Shown here piece by piece: positions 57,606 through 64,000 of a stretch of 64,000 nt of DNA. The position numbers and the translations under genes were made by a program. This stretch comes from Podarcis melisellensis (taxonomy: Eukaryota): assembly GCA_964234715.1 (NCBI GenBank), contig OZ174283.1; one strand, given 5' to 3'. The notes under the pieces are model-generated. The model saw only the letters and a program-made list of their open reading frames with translations. It had not been told where the DNA came from and ran no database searches. Numbering within the stretch: position 1 is the stretch's first letter; each line of letters starts with the position of its first letter.

Positions 57606-59171
57606 GATGCTGGAGGCAAAAGTGTCTACTGTGGAGAAAGAAAGAGATACAGATAGATGGGGCTCTTGAAATATGATCACATTATATGTTTTTACTCTCC
57701 TACAAGGAAAAAAACCTCAGTATGGCCAAACAAAAGCTGCATCACCAATAGCTCAGTTTCCAAAGCCACAGACATTACTGCATTTGCTTAGTTACGTGTA
57801 AGAACTACTGTATATAGGTCAGGAACAAAGATGACAACTTTCTGAGCCAGACTTAAGAGAAGTTAGAACAGGCTTGTATAAAAGTCACTCTTTTCCTTAC
57901 CTATGGAGAGTAAGTTCCTCTCCAGGCAAGAAGAAAGGGAAGTGCTAAAGAAGTTGAACCACAAATTATTGCAACATGCAGGTGAGCACAGGTAAGCTCA
58001 AAGAAGTTTGTGTGGGTTAGTTACAATGCATCATAGTCACTTGCCCATATTTGGACATTTAAATTGTATTTCTCAGTGATGTTCTGGATACAGGCGGCAA
58101 CCATTTTACATGGGGGTTCCGTTCCTAGCCCCCACGTGCATCAGTGCAGAACACATAAGCCCCCACCCCACCCCATTAAACCACTGCCCCCATTCCACCC
58201 TCTTTTGGGTCCAAAAGGACCCATGCGTCAACTGGACATGCAAAATGGTCACTGCCTGTAAGTATTGTTTTGTTCTGATGCATATCATGACTGCTTTGTT
58301 TTACAATTAAAAAGAAGGGGGGAAATACTCCCACCACTCTTATTACAGAGCTTCTGACATGAGAGGAGTGAAATATGCCTTGAAAGGTTAAGCCACCATG
58401 TGCACAAGTCCCATGAAATGAGCAGCAGCTACACAAGAGCATTGCCTGCTAGATTCTACCTCATGAGCTGCATCTGTCTGGCTCTCGTTAAAATCTACTG
58501 CTTGAGGCAGGGATAGCACTCGCCCAAAGATTCTGAGATCAACTCTGCAACCTGTGCTATTACCCAGCTAATTTGGGGGAAGGGCACCTCGATGAACGAA
58601 AAGGGATAGCTCTGTAACAACACTTCTCTCCAGTACAGAACTTTCATATACATTTAAAAGACTGGCAGCTAACAAGCTCAGCTAACAGATTAATTAATAA
58701 GCAGACAAGTAGTGGCTGAATGACCACCTGGAGGGGAAGGTTTAGTTCCCCTTGCAGGTTATTTCTCTTGTGAGCAGTCCAGCTGAGGCAAGGAAACACC
58801 CATCAGCAAATGAACGTAACAATTAGTTGTTTCTTTTTTTTAAAAAAACCAGGTATTTTAGGATGACAGGGAGCAGTTGCCCCAATCCAAACATGTATGC
58901 ACTCAATGTATTCTACACCACTACTTTCACAACACAAAATGAGCCTATCTGGTCTTGGAGGACTTACACAAGTGTTCAACAGTACTTGTTCCATTACGCT
59001 CTCAAACGTGTATGCATCTGCTAGCTTAGACCCGCTTGTCACACTCATAACATTTAACGGTATTTCACATATGTTTTATCAGTCTTTACAACAACCTTAG
59101 AATGGTGGGCTGGTGCTACTGCCTCTGTATATATAGTATATATAGTGAAAACACTGGTCAATTTGACAGTA

Positions 59172-59369
59172 CAGTGGTACCTTGGGTTAAGAACTTAATT
59201 CATTCTGGAGGTCCGTTCTTAACCTGAAGCACCACTTTAGCTAATGGTGCCTCCCACTGCCGCTGCACGATTTCTGTTCTCATCCTTAAGCAAATTTCTT
59301 AACCCAAGGTACTATTTCTGGGTTAGCGGAGTCTGTAACCTGAAGCGTCTGTAACCCAAGGTACCACTG
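59172..59369 (-). mobile_element. Tc1/mariner MITE, family A (reverse orientation)
   Basis: TIRs cagtggtaccttgggtta / taacccaaggtaccactg; TA TSD. Confidence 0.9.
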
Positions 59370-59526
59370 TACAATGATGTATGAATACCACTGGGCAATC
59401 ATTATGTATACCCCTTGAGCCATATCAGCAGTGAAGTAAGTTACTATAGAATTAAAAGGTTTATGATGATTTACCAAATCATAATTTCAATGGTGCCAAG
59501 TTCTAAAATGGTCTAGTGGGGCTCAA

Positions 59527-60066
59527 GTAATAGTGCCACTGTATTCTGCTCTGGTCAGACCTCACCTGGAGTACTGTGTCCAGTTCAGGGCACCACAGTT
59601 CAAGAAGGACACTGACAAACTGGAACGTGTCCAGAGGAGGGCAACCAAAATGGTCAAAGGCCTGGAAACGATGCCCTATGAGGAACGGCTAAGAGAGCTG
59701 GGCATGTTTAGCCTGGAGATGAGGAGGTTAAGGGGTGATATGATAGCCATGTTCAAATATATAAAAGGATGTCACATAGAGGAGGGAGAAAGGTTGTTTT
59801 CTGCTGCTCCAGAGAAGCGGACATGGAGCAATGGATCCAAACTACAAGAAAGAAGATTCCACCTAAACATTAAGAAGAACTTCCTGACAGTAAGAGCTGT
59901 TCGATAGTGGAATTTGCTGCCAAGGAGTGTGGTGGAGTCTCCTTCTTTGGAGGTCTTTAAGCAGAGGCTTGACAACCATATGTCAGGAGTGCTCTGATGG
60001 TGTTTCCTGCTTGGCAGGGGGTTGGACTCGATGGCCCTTGTGGTCTCTTCCAACTCTATGATTCTA
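59527..60066 (+). mobile_element. Young CR1 LINE 3' fragment
   Basis: [40 protein letters not shown].. nearly intact; caactctatgattcta end. Confidence 0.92.
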
Positions 60067-62225
60067 AGTCCATCACCCCTAATTCCCCTGTCAGAGGCAA
60101 ATGCCAATTTTAAAACATATTCAGGTTAATATCAATCCAAGCCTATTGATATCAGCAATGCTATCTCATTAAGCTAAATATGATCTCTTTCCAACAAATT
60201 ATTGTAATAATACTAATTCCCCAAAAAAGAGCCAAGGACATTCTTGATTCTTCCAGGATCTAGAAGCAGTTTTAGCTTTCAATGTTAGAGTATTCCTCCT
60301 CTAAGTCAGAGAAGCTGTTTCGGAAGGACTGAAAGTGAAGAGCAGAGAAAGCAATTGATAGCCCTTGCAACCAAAGAAAGAGGTAACCCTTAACCCACAA
60401 ATGAGATTACATACGTATGACAAGATTTGAGGGGAATCTTTTGCCCTCTACCACATTCTGTGGTTTTTCTACATTTACATGGATTTTAGTATATATACAA
60501 CCCTGTTCCCAAGGCAATTTGTGTGGCTCAGAAAGGCAATGGGGGGAAAAAATAAATATGCCGCTACCTTTCAGCATGAAACAACTAACATATTTCAATG
60601 TAAGTGACTAACATGTGTGACCTTAGGGTGAAAACTGAATCCAGCCCCTAGTCTCAGATTCCCTGCACTGTGAATTCCACTGATTGGTAGAAGGTGGTAT
60701 TCTGCTTGTCCTGCTCTTCTGCTAAATTCTTTCATCCTTGCCTCATCCTGCCATGGCAAGCCATGCCTCTGAATTCACACAACAGGGTTTGAGAAGCTTT
60801 TCACATGCAGTGATGAAAGCATTAAGGTTATAAGCAGGACAGCCAGCCAGGTGCAAAACAGTAGCTGGGGTGGCAGAGCCCATTCAAAATGATGGCTTTG
60901 AGGGGAGTAAATTACCTACTCCACCCGACAGGCCACACACTTGGATGACCTGAACGAAGTACAAACTATACCTGAGTTACTATAGACCAGGGATTTTCAA
61001 ATTCTAATGTGTGGGGAATGAAAAACTTGTGTTGTTGCTATAGTTAAAAAATTGGGAGTCAGAAATCCTTGCTCATCTACTGCAAATCATCCAGCCATCA
61101 TTCAAGAAGCCATTGATATATCCTGATCTACCTCCTGCCCACCCCAACTCTGAAGCATTTTTATAAAAACCATTGATCAAGAAGCAAGCAGTGTAGCAGT
61201 TCCAAGTACCAGATAGCTTTATCTTTTTAAAGAAAAAAATTCTTCTCGTGTTCATGAAAAATTGGGTATAAGACTGAACGTTACCTTGAAACACATTGTT
61301 CCAGGTGGATGTTAAAAACAAGACTCATCTCTCAACAAGACGCATCAAGTTACACTTGCTTTTTATTGTTATAACCTGCCCTGGGACCTTATGGTGAAAG
61401 GTGGGTAAGCAATCTAATAAATCAATCAAACAAGCCCTTACAAAATGTTATATTTTTTAAATGAGTCAATTAACCAAATATCTGTGTAACAACAGTTTGG
61501 CAGCTCTACACATTTTACCCACTATCTTTAACTTAATCCCAAATCTTATTTCTTAACTGCATTTTCTAATAGTTATTGGGTCATACAGTAGCTTGTCATC
61601 TCTTCAATTTTTACAAATATATATACATACTAAAAATATAATATTTGACAAGGAAAATAACGATGGCGTCTAAACAAGGTGAATTTAAAAGCGAGAAGGG
61701 GAGAACACATGGGATAAAGGACAAGCATCATATCTCACAAGTAGTGAAGACTTTTAAAATTGGAAACGTATGGATATATGGTTAGGAAGGGGGTTGTCCT
61801 ACCAGTGCTATTTATGAAGTGGAAAGAGGAAATAACATTTTTCTTGTCCTTTCCCATTATCCAGAAACCTTGCTGCATGCACTATAGTGGAATCAGTTGC
61901 TCAGGTTCAGGGCTGGAAGGCAACCAGCCACAAACCTGAGCCCTTTCCAGAATAGGCGGGGAAATTTTTTTAAGAGTGGGAAAGAAAAAAAAAATTCTCT
62001 CTTTTCCTATTCCGTTCCTGAAAACTCCCCTCCTTCTGAAAGTTCTAACAGCACTACAAGGCTGGCTGGCTGGCTGGCTGGCAGCTTGAACTGCAGCACA
62101 GTTGGAGGCTGAGAATAGACTGAAACATTGTTTCCTATTTTTTACCCTTTTTCCCCTCCAATATTGGGCACTTCCACACTTATCAGTGAGGAAATGAAAT
62201 GGAATTACCCAAAATCATGGTAGTA

Positions 62226-62467
62226 CAGTGGTACCTCGGGTTACATACGCTTCAGATTACATACGCTTCAGGTTACAGACTCCGCTAACCCAGAAATATT
62301 GCTTCTGGTTAAGAACTTTGCTTCAGGATGAGAACAGAAATTGTGCTCCGGCAGCACGGTGGCAGCAGGAGGTCCCATTAGCTAAAGTGGTGCTTCAGGT
62401 TAAGAACAGTTTCAGGTTAAGAACAGACCTCTGGAACGAATTAAGTGCTTAACCCGAGGTACCACTG
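62226..62467 (+). mobile_element. Tc1/mariner MITE, family A
   Basis: TIRs cagtggtacctcgggtta / taacccgaggtaccactg; TA TSD; internal duplication of ttacatacgcttcag. Confidence 0.9.
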
Positions 62468-64000
62468 TACTTGCTACATAAGGGGGATTTCCTAGGTAAA
62501 TTAAGAGAAAACTATTTGTAAAATGTACCAACATCCTGTGAACTTCTAGGAAACGGAGTGCAAGTCTTTTTCTTTTCTTTTTTTAAATGGTACAAGAGTG
62601 CTTGAGCAGGCCAATTGCATCTAACAGTGAGAATACTATAGGTGGGGATTTGGGTCAGGGTGGGGGAGAGATAAAGTTCAAACTCTCTTTTTACAAACAC
62701 TGATCTCACTGGAAAAAGACTAGAAAAAACACCACATAAATATCTGGACAACAACTGAGGAAAAGAACTGGTCTCCGGGTGGGAATGCCTTAAAATGCAT
62801 TTGGCTGGGCAATAACCGTTTTCATCACTGGTGTTCTACTGCCTGTGAACACACACATCAGTCACATGCAACTAGGCAAAGACCACTGTAGTTGCTTCAT
62901 CCATGAAGATGCTGATGCCAAAGAGAATTTTAGCTCTACTTGTGTCAAGACTTCATGGAGACAGCATCCTGGTACCACGGAAAGACATACCTCTTCCAAC
63001 AGAAAGGTAAAACAAGGGGGTTCCAGGCCACTTTCCAGTGGCTTTCCAAATTTCCTTTCCTTTATGCGCAGGATGCTGAAGCAACTGGATGTCCACAACA
63101 CAGAATAAAAATAAACATCATTTGATTTTTAAATAGTCATCCATAAAGTATTTCAGGTTGTTTTACAAGTCATACTAAGAATAAACCCTTGAATAAAGGT
63201 TTTGAGGCCTGGCAAGTAGGCAGGGACAAAGAGTCTCATATCCTTATTTTGCATCTAAAGTCATTTACTCTTATTCTAGATGAAAAACACTCTCACATAC
63301 ATATTAGCAACTAATAAATGCACTTCAGCCACAAGTAGACTGGAAAAAAGAACAACCCTGTTTAACCACCCTCACTGTGAGGACAACACATGTTTAAATG
63401 AAGTTATGGGTAACTAATCTGTTCTAAAGGATCATGCGTATGCTCCATCCTAGGATTCTAGTACATACTCTTAGTGTTCTAGAACTACTAATTTTAGACT
63501 GAGAATATGGAATCAGAAATGCAAGATCTTTCAGATATGGTCAAAAGACACACTGGTACTAATCTCAGATTAACAACACCAAATTAAAGAATGCAATTTG
63601 AATTTATATTATATAGCTGTATATACAGATAAGACCAAGAAAAAGGTCTTAAAAGTTTGCAAGTTGTAGCTGCCTTCCCACAGTAAGCATAAGATTGTAT
63701 GGGGTGGGCAGAAGCAGCAATGCCTGTACTCTCTTTTTGTGTTATGCCAAACCCTTGTGGCAGTCATGAGGTGACTGGCACAGTCAACAGTAAAATAAGA
63801 ACATGTAAGACAATTCTCAAAAAACTTTTTTGGACAATATCAGATTCCAACATGAATTTGAAGTCAGTGGTGTCAGTGGCAGCATAGTTAGCTGGCAGGC
63901 TACATTCTGAAATGCAGATTGAGGTGTTCACTGATTTTTCAGCTTGGCCCTTCAAGATACAGGCCTCCCCGCACTTGTGTGTGATCAACTTGTGTGCAAC

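Noticed and set aside
1-64000. CRISPR arrays, rRNA, operons or other prokaryotic systems
   Set aside because: The sequence is intron-containing vertebrate DNA; no regularly spaced repeat-spacer arrays or rRNA-like segments were seen.

Overview
Vertebrate genomic DNA. Sauria SINEs, CR1/L2/L1 LINEs and Tc1/mariner and hAT MITEs indicate a squamate, probably a lacertid-type lizard (species is inference). The window holds four genes in the same order and relative orientation as human 12p13.31. (1) A DCIR/CLEC4A-like ITIM-bearing C-type lectin receptor on the minus strand: 5 exons are visible and the last CRD exon lies left of the window. (2) NECAP1, minus strand, 8 coding exons, 282 aa, with a GC donor in intron 1. 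(3) C3AR1, plus strand, single coding exon, 468 aa. (4) FOXJ2, minus strand, 10 coding exons, 544 aa. The most striking non-genic structure is a very young 914-bp fold-back insertion (12163-13076). It has ~370-bp near-identical inverted arms, a 31-nt 3' tail, a 14-bp target-site duplication and a type I hammerhead ribozyme with a palindromic stem III in the spacer. This fits a non-autonomous Penelope-like/retrozyme-type element, nested in a Sauria SINE that is itself inside an L2 relic. All calls come from reading the sequence by hand; no database searches were run, and repeat boundaries are approximate unless TIRs/TSDs are quoted.
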